Origin: a bacterium
Lineage (GTDB): Bacteria > Zhuqueibacterota > Zhuqueibacteria > Oceanimicrobiales > Oceanimicrobiaceae
Reading direction: 5' to 3'
DNA length: 15,823 nt
NCBI GenBank assembly: GCA_046757025.1
Contig: JBHHXN010000122.1
Coordinates: 1 to 15,823, forward strand
The position numbers were made by a program, and so were the translations under genes. Below the pieces are notes generated by a model. The model worked only from the letters and a program-made list of their open reading frames with translations, was not told the origin of the DNA and did not search any database. The stretch's first letter is position 1, and the number at the start of each line of letters is the position of its first letter. Positions 15,726-15,823 of the stretch are shown here, in pieces.

Positions 15726-15823
15726 TTCAACCTCCTGAAGTTTTACTGATGTAGTGTGAACAGTTTATTTACTAACATTTCTCACTTTAAGTTATGCAAC
15801 TATGTTCATATTAAATAATTAGA

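Overview
Bacterial window, most consistent with an FCB-group organism (KSB1/Calditrichota/Ignavibacteria-like; inferred from a FlgD-Ig/T9SS-A-type C-terminal domain). From left to right: (1) the 5' ~630 codons of priA on the minus strand, absent from the ORF track because it runs off the window; (2) a ~600 bp AT-rich patch with two convergent toxin-antitoxin relics whose toxins are truncated; (3) an AAA_14/DUF4143 ATPase; (4) a two-gene unit behind a perfect sigma54 promoter, encoding a CsgG/TolB-N-like protein with a TM-linker-LPGPPTFP tail and a 1378-aa secreted protein with a 229-aa internal duplication; (5) a convergent minus-strand cluster of TPR protein, helical-repeat protein, ABC-2 exporter (ATPase and permease), LytS-type kinase and LytTR regulator. 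The spacers of the last cluster hold several unrelated palindromic elements, including three nested inverted-repeat pairs at 11569-12139. No rRNA, tRNA, CRISPR array or intact transposase was seen. All calls were made by eye without database searches.
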